Assembly (NCBI GenBank): GCA_028707065.1
Contig: JAQTUZ010000003.1
Coordinates: 66,501 to 130,500, forward strand
From: Patescibacteria group bacterium
GTDB taxonomy: Bacteria > Patescibacteriota > Patescibacteriia > Patescibacteriales > WJLG01
DNA: 64,000 nucleotides
Reading direction: 5' to 3'
In this document: positions 17,059 to 26,251 of the stretch, in pieces
Layout of the letters: each line of letters starts with the position of its first letter
Position numbering within the stretch: the first letter of the stretch is position 1
The notes under the pieces: model-generated
The model's database searches: none
The model's input: the letters and a program-made list of their open reading frames with translations, nothing else
Told to the model about the DNA's origin: nothing
Position numbers and translations under genes: made by a program

Positions 17059-18474
17059 TTACTCTGCTTTACGACCCTTTAATACCGCCAACGGCGTTCT
17101 TAGGAGAATGGTCAAATCCAAGAGGAACGACCAATTTTCAATATAATAAGTGTCTAATTTTACTTCTTCCTCAAAGCTTAAGTCCGAGCGGCCGGAAATC
17201 TGCGCCAGGCCGGTGATGCCCGGCTTCAAAGTCAGAACTTTCTTGTGATGACGTTCGTATTTGGCCACTTCTTCGGGCAGATGAGGGCGCGGCCCGACCA
17301 AGCTCATTCTGCCAGCCAAGACCAAGAATAATTCCGGCAATTCATCAATCGAGAAACGGCGGATGAATTTACCGACGCGAGTAATCCGAGGATCATCTTT
17401 AATTTTTACCAATGGCCCGCCCTGGCGAACATTCAAATCAGCCAATTCTTTGTAGCGCATGCTGTCGGTCCGGTTGCGCATCGACCGGAATTTAAAATAA
17501 CGGAATAATTTACCGCCGACTCCGACGCGGAAAAGCGGCGCATCATCATCGCGGCGGGAAAAGAAAACCGGACCGTGCGATTCAAGTTTGATGGCAATGG
17601 CCGTTAATAATAAAATCGGACTAAGAATGATAATTAAAATTAAAGCGGCAATAAAATCGCAAATGCGCTTGATAATCCGGCCCCAGCCGTCAAGCGGAGT
17701 TTTCTTGACTTCCATGATCGGCAAGCCGGAAAATTCAGTCAACTCGGTTTTTAAAACTTTAGTTCCCAAGAGATCCGCCACATACTTGAAGGTCAAATGA
17801 TGTTCGTCGGTAAAATCGAATAAGCGCAGAATTTCCGCCTTGCTCAAATTCGGATCAGCCTGGATGATTTCGTCGATCTCGTTATTTTTGATGAATTCCT
17901 CCAATTCTTGCGCCGTATTCAATTCAAAATCGCGAGTTCGCTTAACGACTTCAAAACCATAACCGCGATTAGCGGAAAAATCACCTACCAGCATGTCGCT
18001 GGTTTTGCTGGCTCCGACAATGACGACTTTTTTCGCGCCAATGCCATGAGATAGCAAGATCCGCTGAATGCCGCGGACGACCGTCCGGGCAAGGCTGACA
18101 TAAATTATCGCCAAGATCCAGCCGGCTAAAACAATAAAACGCGAATCGAACAATTCGCGCCTGACAAAAATTAAAATCACAATCAACATCAAACCGGTCG
18201 AACAAGCCAGAACAACCCGATAAACTTCATTGACCAATTTTCTCGCGCTGTGGATGGTGTAAAGTCCGGCCAAGGCGAAAATAACCAGCCAAAAAACCGC
18301 CAGCAATAAAACAACATTCAAGTATGATTCAAATTTTAAATTAAAAACGACCGGGCGCAAACTTTTAAAAAGATCCGAGTAGCGCAAATAATAGGCGGTC
18401 ATGCCGGCGGCAACGATCGCTAAATAATCAAGCGGGACCAATAAAGATGAGAAAAAGAGTTCAGAACGCTTCAT
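17059..18474 (-). CDS. polyprenyl glycosylphosphotransferase (WbaP/sugar transferase family)
   Basis: 471 aa. N-terminal TM helices and a C-terminal bacterial sugar transferase domain (SLVGPRP, KPGITGLAQISGRSDLSFEEEVKLDTYYIENWSF). Confidence 0.9.
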   Translation of the reverse strand: MKRSELFFSSLLVPLDYLAIVAAGMTAYYLRYSDLFKSLRPVVFNLKFESYLNVVLLLAVFWLVIFALAGLYTIHSARKLVNEVYRVVLACSTGLMLIVILIFVRRELFDSRFIVLAGWILAIIYVSLARTVVRGIQRILLSHGIGAKKVVIVGASKTSDMLVGDFSANRGYGFEVVKRTRDFELNTAQELEEFIKNNEIDEIIQADPNLSKAEILRLFDFTDEHHLTFKYVADLLGTKVLKTELTEFSGLPIMEVKKTPLDGWGRIIKRICDFIAALILIIILSPILLLTAIAIKLESHGPVFFSRRDDDAPLFRVGVGGKLFRYFKFRSMRNRTDSMRYKELADLNVRQGGPLVKIKDDPRITRVGKFIRRFSIDELPELFLVLAGRMSLVGPRPHLPEEVAKYERHHKKVLTLKPGITGLAQISGRSDLSFEEEVKLDTYYIENWSFLLDLTILLRTPLAVLKGRKAE

Positions 18475-18477
18475 GGT

Positions 18478-18573
18478 TATTAGTTAATTAGTTAATTGGT
18501 TAATTAGTTTGCAATTAAACAAGCTTTTGCAAATCAATTAGTAAACTAATTAACTAATTCACTAATTAACCAA
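18478..18573. repeat. family B palindrome
   Basis: ttattagttaattagttaattggttaattagtttgc...gtaaactaattaactaattcactaattaacc lies between the start codon at 18474 and the rnpB 3' end. Confidence 0.85.
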
Positions 18574-18585
18574 CAATCTAAATTC

Positions 18586-19031
18586 CAGTAATCTCAGGGC
18601 AAGCTATAAGCCGGATTCTGTCTGACCTCGCACCGAAGTGCAGGGTGATACAGCCATTAATCTGGTCGGGCTGTTGCCAGCCGACTCAAGCGAGCCACGT
18701 TCCTTCAAATCTTGCGATTTGAGTTTGCTCTTGCTTCAGATGGGGTTTACCACGCATTCCTGTCGCCAGGAAGCGAATCGGGTAGCCGATATTGATTAGG
18801 ATATCCTCATAATCAACATCTTCACCCCGAAACTTTTCACGTTTTACCAATGCGCCTCGCGGAGCACCGGCTAGTATTGTCTCTGTGGCACTTTCCGTGG
18901 AATTACTCCCCGTGGACGTTATCCACCATCATTTTTTGTTCCGCAAAACGCGGAGCAAGAAGTCCGGACTTTCCTCCCCTCTCTGGCAAAAACCAAAAAA
19001 GAGCGGCTGTCCGCTTACCCTGATATTACTG
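18586..19031 (-). ncRNA. rnpB: RNase P RNA (bacterial type A)
   Basis: The minus strand contains GAGGAAAGTCCGGAC (reverse complement of 18961-18976) and ACAGAATCCGGCTTA (reverse complement of 18607-18621). The ends CAGTAATATCAGGGTAAGC and GCTTGCCCTGAGATTACTG pair as a 19-bp P1. Confidence 0.9.
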
Positions 19032-19107
19032 AAATTTAATCGAATTATCAATGAACTTAAGCTGTATAGAATATAGCACAAGAGAAGGCAAAAAGTCAAT
19101 ATTAATG

Positions 19108-19136
19108 TTGACAAATTCAAATTTATGTGATATTAT
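19108..19136 (+). promoter_or_regulatory. promoter TTGACA-17-TATTAT with TG extension
   Basis: TTGACA at 19108-19113. tgaTATTAT ends at 19136. Confidence 0.7.
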
Positions 19137-19183
19137 CGAAAGTCAACTGACATGCAAATTCAACCCTTTAAAAAGGAGCTGCT

Positions 19184-19357
19184 ATGCCCGAAAATTGCTT
19201 TTGTTTACCAGTCGGCAACGAATGCGATGGCTGCGACGGCAAAAAAAAGGATTGTGCCATCAAAATCATAGTGGCAAAACACGAATCAATGGCAGTAAAA
19301 AAAGAGCTTCCATGCCCCAATTGCCCAATTCGCTTGGTGCGGGCAATGATCTTATAA
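19184..19357 (+). CDS. Cys-rich micro-protein (57 aa), not in the ORF track
   Basis: AAGGAG lies 7 nt upstream. My translation is MPENCFCLPVGNECDGCDGKKKDCAIKIIVAKHESMAVKKELPCPNCPIRLVRAMIL (7 Cys: CxC, CxxC, C, CxxC). It is flanked by a strong promoter and a terminator. Confidence 0.55.
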   Translation: MPENCFCLPVGNECDGCDGKKKDCAIKIIVAKHESMAVKKELPCPNCPIRLVRAMIL

Positions 19358-19381
19358 CCGCCTTTCCGCGGTACCCAAATT

Positions 19382-19416
19382 AAAATGGACTGAATCGTTT
19401 CAGCCCATTTTTTATT
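19382..19416. terminator. bidirectional terminator hairpin between the micro-gene and tgt
   Basis: aaatggactgaa-tcgt-ttcagcccattt with T-runs on both strands. Confidence 0.65.
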
Positions 19417-20584
19417 TTATAGCAATCTTTTTCATTAATTCCGAATAAAATTCTAAATTATTAAGCGAGGCCAAACGGGCGCCGAGCGGGTCGTTAATTT
19501 TGAAAAGATGGTGGATATAAGCTTTGGTGTGATCACGCAATTCGGAAATCCTGCTCGCCGGGTTGATCGGTGAAAAATCGGTCGCAAAACGGGAGTTGCC
19601 GATATTAAAAGTTCGATATTTAATGTCATTGCGAGCGCCTCGCGAAGCAATCCCGCTTTTACTTTTACCCGCGGGATTGCTTCGTCGCTGACGCTCCTCG
19701 CAATGACAAAAGAGTTTACCATGCCTCCCCTCGCGGGTGGGGATGACGCAGTCGAAAATGTCCCAGCCCATTTTGTAACAGCGGACAATATCTTCCGGCA
19801 AACCGACACCCAAGGCGAATTTTATTTTATTTTTAGGGATCAGCTCGGCAGTAAACTTTAAAACTTCTCCCAAAAATTTTCCTTCGCGGTCGACATGCCG
19901 CGCGCCAAAACCATAGCCGTCGAAATCGTGCTTAACCAATTCTTTAGTGCAGCGCTCGCGCAAATCAAGTTCGACGCCGCCCTGAATTACTCCAAAGATC
20001 AGCGGCCGCTTAGCGCGAGATATTTTTCTTTGCTTGATTTGTTTAAGATATTCTTTTTTACAGCGCGCGGCCCATTTGATCGTCCGCTCGACCGCCTTGG
20101 CAATATCAGCCCGGCTATATTCATTTGGCGGGCAATCGTCCAGACAAACCATCATATCCACACCCAGATCGAATTGAATCTGGATCGCTTTTTCCGGAGT
20201 GATCTCGTGCAATGAGCCGTCAGACGGCGAGCGGAAGATCGCACCTTGATCGGTAATTTTCCCCATCTTAGGATTTTTATGAATCAAGGAAAAAACCTGA
20301 TACCCGCCGGAATCAGATAAGATCGGTCCATCCCAACCTATAAATTCATGAATTCCGCCCTTGCCTCGCCGAAGTCCCGCGCCAGCGGGACGAAGGCGGG
20401 CGGCCTTTTTGATGATTTTCATTCCCGGCTCAAGATAAAGATGTAAAGTATTTACCACCAGCGCCTCGATCCCCGCCCCGGCGACTTCTTCGGTCGATAA
20501 AAATTTAACCAGCCCTCTAGTGGCATCAGGCATAAAGAAAGGTACACGCAACGGCCCATGGTTTGTGATAATACCTTTTTTCAT
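19412..20584 (-). CDS. tgt: queuine/archaeosine tRNA-ribosyltransferase family protein (Tgt-like) with two inserted elements
   Basis: 390 aa. FFMPDAT, NTLHLY, LSDSGGYQVFSL, FGVIQGG, GYGFG, LGVGLPEDI and WDIFDCVIPTREGRHG. The CxCxxC zinc motif expected before KAYIHHL is absent. Confidence 0.85.
   Translation of the reverse strand: MKKGIITNHGPLRVPFFMPDATRGLVKFLSTEEVAGAGIEALVVNTLHLYLEPGMKIIKKAARLRPAGAGLRRGKGGIHEFIGWDGPILSDSGGYQVFSLIHKNPKMGKITDQGAIFRSPSDGSLHEITPEKAIQIQFDLGVDMMVCLDDCPPNEYSRADIAKAVERTIKWAARCKKEYLKQIKQRKISRAKRPLIFGVIQGGVELDLRERCTKELVKHDFDGYGFGARHVDREGKFLGEVLKFTAELIPKNKIKFALGVGLPEDIVRCYKMGWDIFDCVIPTREGRHGKLFCHCEERQRRSNPAGKSKSGIASRGARNDIKYRTFNIGNSRFATDFSPINPASRISELRDHTKAYIHHLFKINDPLGARLASLNNLEFYSELMKKIAIK
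19624..19708. repeat. TGTCATTGCGAG...CTCGCAATGACA palindrome in frame inside tgt
   Basis: Encodes CHCEERQRRSNPAGKSKSGIASRGARNDI between FDCVIPTREGRHGKLF and YRTFNIG. A sister copy is intergenic at 4324-4425. Confidence 0.8.
20355..20403. repeat. GC-rich palindrome in frame inside tgt
   Basis: ccgcccttgcctcgccgaagtcccgcgccagcgggacgaaggcgggcgg encodes ARLRPAGAGLRRGKG just before GIHEFIGWDGPILSDSGG. Confidence 0.7.
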
Positions 20585-20642
20585 ATTATTAAATAAGCAG
20601 GCAGATTGCCTGCTATTTTAAGCGAGATAAACAAAATTCATT

Positions 20643-21278
20643 TTAATGATTAACTCGACGCAAACACTCATTTTTATATTCGGGTTGAGAAATTTGTTGG
20701 CAATCAGCCGCAGTTTTAGCATTGTTCAATTGATCCATAAGATCGGTAAAGTCAAAATATTGAACGCAGTATGGCTTTTCGCGGCTAGGCAAGGCCTCAC
20801 AATCGCTTCGCTTGATCCCGGAAACATTATTAATCACGGTAGCAACGCAATTCTGATTGATCGCGTCTGATTTTATTTGGTTACAAAGGCTGATCTTATT
20901 GGCCGAAACCGCCTGATCTCTAATTACCCAGTCAACGCAATCCTGCGCTAACGATTTATCGGAAATGCTGGCGCAAAAGGATTGGTTTTGGGAATTTTCC
21001 GCGACTAGCTTAATGCACTGATCGATATATTTAGGAATCTTATAACTAGCGCATTGGCTGATATCGTTATTCTTTTTAGCCAGATCAAGAGGAAAAGCTG
21101 ACGAAGAAGAACCGGTCACTGCCGGAGGCTTAGTTCCGCCGGGGTTGTTGGAGATACCTGGCGGCAAATTTATGACAACTTTTTTAGAAAGCGAGTTGAA
21201 TACAAACAAAGCGGTAAACAACATCAAAAAAACAGCGACAGCGGCAATGATGATTATATAGATATTTTTTTTGTTCAT
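20643..21278 (-). CDS. membrane-anchored extracytoplasmic protein with repeated Cys pairs (211 aa from the ATG at 21278)
   Basis: MNKKNIYIIIIAAVAVFLMLF anchor, then repeated C-x(8-14)-C spacing (QCASYKIPKYIDQCIKL, FCASISDKSLAQDCVDW, LCNQIKSDAINQNCVA and others). The track start at 21380 overlaps the upstream gene. The ATG at 21278 lies 5 nt after that gene's stop. Confidence 0.55.
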   Translation of the reverse strand: MNKKNIYIIIIAAVAVFLMLFTALFVFNSLSKKVVINLPPGISNNPGGTKPPAVTGSSSSAFPLDLAKKNNDISQCASYKIPKYIDQCIKLVAENSQNQSFCASISDKSLAQDCVDWVIRDQAVSANKISLCNQIKSDAINQNCVATVINNVSGIKRSDCEALPSREKPYCVQYFDFTDLMDQLNNAKTAADCQQISQPEYKNECLRRVNH

Positions 21279-21282
21279 ATTT

Positions 21283-24200
21283 TTACTGTATTTGGCAAAG
21301 AGGCAACACGTTAAAGATAAAATCACTGAATTCGACATGCGGATGAGCGGAACCTTGAGCATTATCAGGAAAGGAGGCATAGATGTTCAAAGCTTTAGGA
21401 TTGTTAGGATTACGCCGAGCGGTACTGCATTGATTTATGCCCGAAATATCGCAGGAAATTGAATCAGCCGGCAGCACAAAATTATTAACGCCATTAAGAT
21501 CAACGGTACCACCGACACCGCCAAGAGGATTTAAATCGCCGCCAATATTATAAGTAACGCCACCCTTGAGCATATTGTCAAGTATCGAACTTTCGATCCT
21601 GGTATAAATCTGTTCAGTCTCTGCCCCCGGGTTGGAACTATTTAAATTCTTAAAAGAGTAGCTGCTGGCGCCATTGGCATAACAATCCCTCAACTTTGTC
21701 CCGTTCTTATCGTAATCACTTGACCACTGGCAAACAATATCGGGGCCACTGCTGCCAAACGGGAAATCGATCGCATAGATTTGAATGCCGTAACTTTTCG
21801 CCGTTTTAACGCTATCAAGCGAACCGGACGAATCTATCCCGTCACTAAGGATGATGATGTATTTTTGACTGGCGCCGTAACACCCCAAAGTCTCATCAGT
21901 ATCACAAGCATGCAGCATTTCCGTTGCTTTGATAATCGCTTCATTTGCTCCTGATTCGTTAGTCCCGTTTTTGTTATAATCGAGGTAAAAATCATATTTT
22001 CCCACAGCAGCATACTCGTATTGGTAATTTAAATTTCCCAAAGAATCAGAATTTCCATTCTTAAAATTAACCAAATTTTGAACATCACAAACCGGTACGG
22101 TCGATTGGGCCGTGCAAGAACCAAAACTTAGCGATCCCACGTAAATATTGCTTCTTTTTCCTTGACCGGCGCCATTAATATCATTGCTCATATTATAAAA
22201 ACCAGTCAATCCGGCTTGAACTGCGGCTTTCAAGTTAGTCATATTAAATCGCGGCGGTCGTTGAGCTGCGGGATTTTCAAACCAGCCAAGATTGGACGCG
22301 TCTGTCACAAAAACCACTGCCTGAATATCGGGATGTTTTCCTTGAGCGTCGAAGTACTGGGCGGTAAATGATCCGCTCTTCACGCCGCGGCTATGGAGAA
22401 TGTCATCCGATAACTGAAGTTGTTGTGTCTGACTCGGACCAATATTTAAAGTATTAGGAAGCGATATGGGTGAAGTTGGACCATCAGTTACCCATTGGCA
22501 TTTATTGCAACAATTTGTGCTTAAATTGCTAAAATCGCATTGCTCGCCGAAATTAGTGGCGGAATGTTTAAGGATCATGATCGGATTAGATTTATCATTA
22601 GCAGTTTCTTGCGCGCCCTTAGAAAGTAATAGGCCGTCTTGGGCAACGCCATCGCCGCAGAAGCCGCCGTTGGCGGTAGCGCATTTATTGGTACAACCGT
22701 ATTGCCAGAGAAAAGAGGACATGGAAGTCGTCGGCACGTTGCCCAAAATCAAACCGTTGTTATTTTTATAATTTTGGGCGCATTGCGGGGCCGTGAGCGG
22801 ATTAGAAACGCCGGTGCACCCGCTGGCCCGAACGCACGCGACATAATCAATGCTGCCGTCTTTATTCAAGTATGCTCCGCAGTCGCAATCTTCATAGCCG
22901 TCGTTGGCATGGCCACCCTTGCTTTCGAAATTAGGAAACTGTTTGATTCCATCGCCGCAATAATTATTAACGCGCAGCGGAAAGGTGACCGTCGGGCTTG
23001 TCGCCCCATAAATATCAGACGCGCTGATCGTTATGTTATAGGGAACGGCGCTGGCGCTATCTTGAGTTGGCATGCCTCTGATAGTGTTGCCGTGTAAATA
23101 CAGGCCGGAGGGAAGGCCATTGACCGTAATGGCTACTTGCTGGCCTTCGGGATCGGTGGCGTTAATCGCGCAACCGGTGTTGCCGTTGGGATTATCCATG
23201 TAAGTCATTCCCACCCGGGTGCTTTTATCGCAATTGAATGCCATGATGACCGGCGGTTTGTTAGTAATCTCCAGGCTAAACTGCTGACTGGTATAATTTT
23301 CGCATGGCGGCAAAGTATCAGACGCGGCTATCGAATAATTTTTTTCCAAGCCTGATTCATCAAAATAAGGCAAATCGTCTTTGGCTAAAGAGGCGATCTG
23401 ATAATCAGTTTCCGGCGCCAAGGCAACGCCGGAATTTGATAAACTTTTATAATGCGTCGGACTATTCGGATTAGTTATATCCACAATTTCCAAAGTATTA
23501 TCTCCCTGGCTGGCCACATAAGCATAGTTGCCGCTGACCTTAACCGAAACCGGATGAACCAAATGCGCGCCGCCATCGCCATTATTGATAATTCCCGCTT
23601 GTCGCATATTCGACGGATCAGAAATATCTATTATCTGCAGCGCACCGCTGTTATAAAGCGGCAAATAAGCATAATGTCCGTTGATTTCCAGGGAATACGG
23701 CCTCCCCGGCGAAGAAAACGATCCGGCAAAAGCGGGTGAAGTTTTGCTGGAAATATCAATGGCAACAATCGAAGCATCTTTCCAGTCATTTACAAAAGCA
23801 TAATGGCCTGATAAAGCTGTTGCCAACGGCTGATTCAGGCTATTGCTGGTCAAACCCCCGATCAATGTCGGATTGGCAGGATTATTAATATCCACTATCT
23901 GGAAAGCATAGGCGCCGCCATTCCTTCTGGTTACGTAAGCGTAACCATTGTTGGTTATGACCGAATAAGGCTGAACGATAGCGACGCTATTGACGAATAC
24001 GGGTTTGGTTTTATCGGAAACGTTAATAACGGAAAGGTTGCCGCCTTCCCAATCGGCCAGGTAAGCATAATTATTAACTACTGAAACGCCCAACGCGCCC
24101 GTCAGCTCGCTTAAACTGCCGGCGTGGGTGGGATTATTTTTCTTGGAAATATCCACTATTTCCAAAGCATTGTCGCCATGGCTCGCGATATAAGCATAAT

Positions 24201-26076
24201 TGCCGGCGACGTACACAGAACCGGGATTACGCAACAGAGCTCCGCCATCGCCATTCTTGATTTGGCCGACCGCTTTAGGATTTGCCGGATTGGTAATATC
24301 GACGATGAGCATCGAGCTTCCCGCCCAGTTAACTACATAAGCATAATTATTGCTGATGAAAATATTATTGATAAAATCAAAATACGGCTGAGAAAGATTA
24401 TTGGCTGGCGGAGTCGTGGGCTGAGTCGACGCCGAAACACAATTAGCCGTATTTTTAGCCGTGACTATTACATTATATTTTTCCGGAACAGCGACCGCGT
24501 AAGTCGGAACGGAAACATCGCAGCGGGCTCTGCCGTCGGAAGTAATAGAGAGCGGCTGATTGCATTGCAAGTCGATGATATTTCCCTGAACGGCAAAATC
24601 AAAAGTTAAGCCATCGTAATTTTTTCTGGAATTAAAAGCGTAAACGGGGAAATTAAGCTGTTTGCCCACCGTGACTTTTTGGTCGGCGACCGGATAGATA
24701 AAGCTCGCCCGCGAGCTGATATTGATTGGGCACGATTGAGAAAGCTGCCCGCTAACGCTGTCGCTTTTGTAAACGACCGTGATATCGAATATTCCGCCAT
24801 CAGCGGCGTTAGCAGCGTCAATTTCTATTTTATGCGGGTCAGCGGTGCTCTTATAAGTGTAGCCCCGGGGCAGATTGTCAACGCGGAAGATGGATGGATT
24901 GTTTTGCGGATCGTTAACCGACACAAAACCGGTAAACGGCTGGTTTTGAGCGCCGATCAAGCTGCCGCAGCTGATAACCGGAACCGGAACGCGTGAATTG
25001 CTGCCGGGACAATAATCACTGGTAAAATCTCCAGTGGGATCAACAACGTATAATCCTGATTCCATTTCGGCGCAGACATTGAAATTTTTCCCCTTGGCAT
25101 CGGTCGAATAGACTAAAACCCGGCTATCATAGGGCAGAGTCGGAGTTAGGTCGACAAATGAGCCGGCAAAACTTTTATCTTTGGCGTCCCAGCAAGTTAG
25201 CGGATCATATTTGGGATCGCCGCATCCGCCGATGAATTTATTGATCGGATCAAGGGGCGGGGCGCCGCCGATCTCGGCGGCGAATTCCTGATTCCAAGAA
25301 GGCCAAGTGGAAATTGTTTTTCCGGTCAGGTAAGTTCCCGAACCGAGCAGCGGATAATGGCCGACGCGATTGTTGTAAGAATCGATCTTTGATTTTAAAT
25401 CACTGATGTCGCCCAAGCGCTTGATATCGCGGGTAATTCTGGCTTTTAAGCTGCCGCAATAACCGCCGCCGCAATCTTTATCCACCAAACAATATTGCTG
25501 ACATGATCCCCGATTGCAAGTAAAGCCGTCGGGACAATCCCCGTCAGTACTGCAGGACGCGTTATCGCTCGATCTGCCGAAACAATTGCCATGTTCGGTT
25601 AAATTGGTATTAAAATTCCAATTGCTTAAAATTTTATTGAAGACCGTGATCGTTTCCGGACTTGCTTCTTGATTATACGAAATTAAGTAAATATTAGTAT
25701 AAAGTTTGCTTTGCGAACCCAGGGCGCACGAACCGCTTGTCCCGTCGCAATCACTATCGCTGGCGCAGCTATTTCCATTATAAGCGTAGCTGACGCAAGT
25801 CGAATTAACGTTGGCCACGTTCACGAAAACTGTCCGGCCGTCTTGAATAGCCTGATAGCCGTCAACCGTGAGCGGCGTGGGATTGCCGGTGAATTTTTTG
25901 CTTTTATACCAAGCTAACGGACTAAGGTGCTGGGGATTGGCCAGAACCCTGACGGCGATGGCATCGCCTTCCGCCGCCGCGTCTTTTTTTTCAAAAACAA
26001 AAAAACCGGTCACAAACAAGACGGCGATCATCACCGCTAAAAACGACTTAAATATTCTGTTTGTTTTTCCGGGCAT
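21283..26076 (-). CDS. giant secreted/surface protein (1597 aa): pilin-like N-region, LVIVD beta-propeller repeats, Cys-rich repeats, VWA-like domain
   Basis: N-terminal anchor FLAVMIAVLFVTGFFVF. RLGDISDLKSKIDSYNNRVGHYP (pseudopilin-like). About 8 repeats of NYAY[VI]...L.IVDI[ST]NP.NP (nt 23440-24390). YCGDGIKQ and FCGDGVAQDG Cys repeats. KYIIILSDGIDSSGSLDSVKTAKSYGIQIYAIDF (VWA-like, nt 21760-22330). Confidence 0.85.
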   Translation of the reverse strand: MPGKTNRIFKSFLAVMIAVLFVTGFFVFEKKDAAAEGDAIAVRVLANPQHLSPLAWYKSKKFTGNPTPLTVDGYQAIQDGRTVFVNVANVNSTCVSYAYNGNSCASDSDCDGTSGSCALGSQSKLYTNIYLISYNQEASPETITVFNKILSNWNFNTNLTEHGNCFGRSSDNASCSTDGDCPDGFTCNRGSCQQYCLVDKDCGGGYCGSLKARITRDIKRLGDISDLKSKIDSYNNRVGHYPLLGSGTYLTGKTISTWPSWNQEFAAEIGGAPPLDPINKFIGGCGDPKYDPLTCWDAKDKSFAGSFVDLTPTLPYDSRVLVYSTDAKGKNFNVCAEMESGLYVVDPTGDFTSDYCPGSNSRVPVPVISCGSLIGAQNQPFTGFVSVNDPQNNPSIFRVDNLPRGYTYKSTADPHKIEIDAANAADGGIFDITVVYKSDSVSGQLSQSCPINISSRASFIYPVADQKVTVGKQLNFPVYAFNSRKNYDGLTFDFAVQGNIIDLQCNQPLSITSDGRARCDVSVPTYAVAVPEKYNVIVTAKNTANCVSASTQPTTPPANNLSQPYFDFINNIFISNNYAYVVNWAGSSMLIVDITNPANPKAVGQIKNGDGGALLRNPGSVYVAGNYAYIASHGDNALEIVDISKKNNPTHAGSLSELTGALGVSVVNNYAYLADWEGGNLSVINVSDKTKPVFVNSVAIVQPYSVITNNGYAYVTRRNGGAYAFQIVDINNPANPTLIGGLTSNSLNQPLATALSGHYAFVNDWKDASIVAIDISSKTSPAFAGSFSSPGRPYSLEINGHYAYLPLYNSGALQIIDISDPSNMRQAGIINNGDGGAHLVHPVSVKVSGNYAYVASQGDNTLEIVDITNPNSPTHYKSLSNSGVALAPETDYQIASLAKDDLPYFDESGLEKNYSIAASDTLPPCENYTSQQFSLEITNKPPVIMAFNCDKSTRVGMTYMDNPNGNTGCAINATDPEGQQVAITVNGLPSGLYLHGNTIRGMPTQDSASAVPYNITISASDIYGATSPTVTFPLRVNNYCGDGIKQFPNFESKGGHANDGYEDCDCGAYLNKDGSIDYVACVRASGCTGVSNPLTAPQCAQNYKNNNGLILGNVPTTSMSSFLWQYGCTNKCATANGGFCGDGVAQDGLLLSKGAQETANDKSNPIMILKHSATNFGEQCDFSNLSTNCCNKCQWVTDGPTSPISLPNTLNIGPSQTQQLQLSDDILHSRGVKSGSFTAQYFDAQGKHPDIQAVVFVTDASNLGWFENPAAQRPPRFNMTNLKAAVQAGLTGFYNMSNDINGAGQGKRSNIYVGSLSFGSCTAQSTVPVCDVQNLVNFKNGNSDSLGNLNYQYEYAAVGKYDFYLDYNKNGTNESGANEAIIKATEMLHACDTDETLGCYGASQKYIIILSDGIDSSGSLDSVKTAKSYGIQIYAIDFPFGSSGPDIVCQWSSDYDKNGTKLRDCYANGASSYSFKNLNSSNPGAETEQIYTRIESSILDNMLKGGVTYNIGGDLNPLGGVGGTVDLNGVNNFVLPADSISCDISGINQCSTARRNPNNPKALNIYASFPDNAQGSAHPHVEFSDFIFNVLPLCQIQ

Positions 26077-26150
26077 ATGGTTTATCTATGCAACTATACT
26101 ATATCACAAAAAATATTATTTTTGAAATTTGAGTTTGAGTAATAATTTAT

Positions 26151-26251
26151 AGTTGATTGGTTAATTAGTTGATTAGTTGTGTTTCAAAATAATTATCAAA
26201 TAACATCGAAACCAGATGCTATAAAACTAATTAACCAATTAACTAATTAAC
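26151..26251. repeat. family B palindrome
   Basis: agttgattggttaattagttgattagttgtg...aaaactaattaaccaattaactaattaac. The right arm abuts the stop codon at 26252. Confidence 0.85.

Noticed and set aside
19051-19383. 110-aa plus-strand ORF
   Set aside because: It starts upstream of and runs through the consensus promoter and the ribosome-binding site of the 57-aa Cys-rich gene, in another frame. The shorter ORF with proper signals is preferred.
21283-26076. Diversity-generating retroelement target in the giant protein or lipoprotein paralogs
   Set aside because: No reverse transcriptase gene and no template/variable repeat pair with adenine-specific differences were found in the window.
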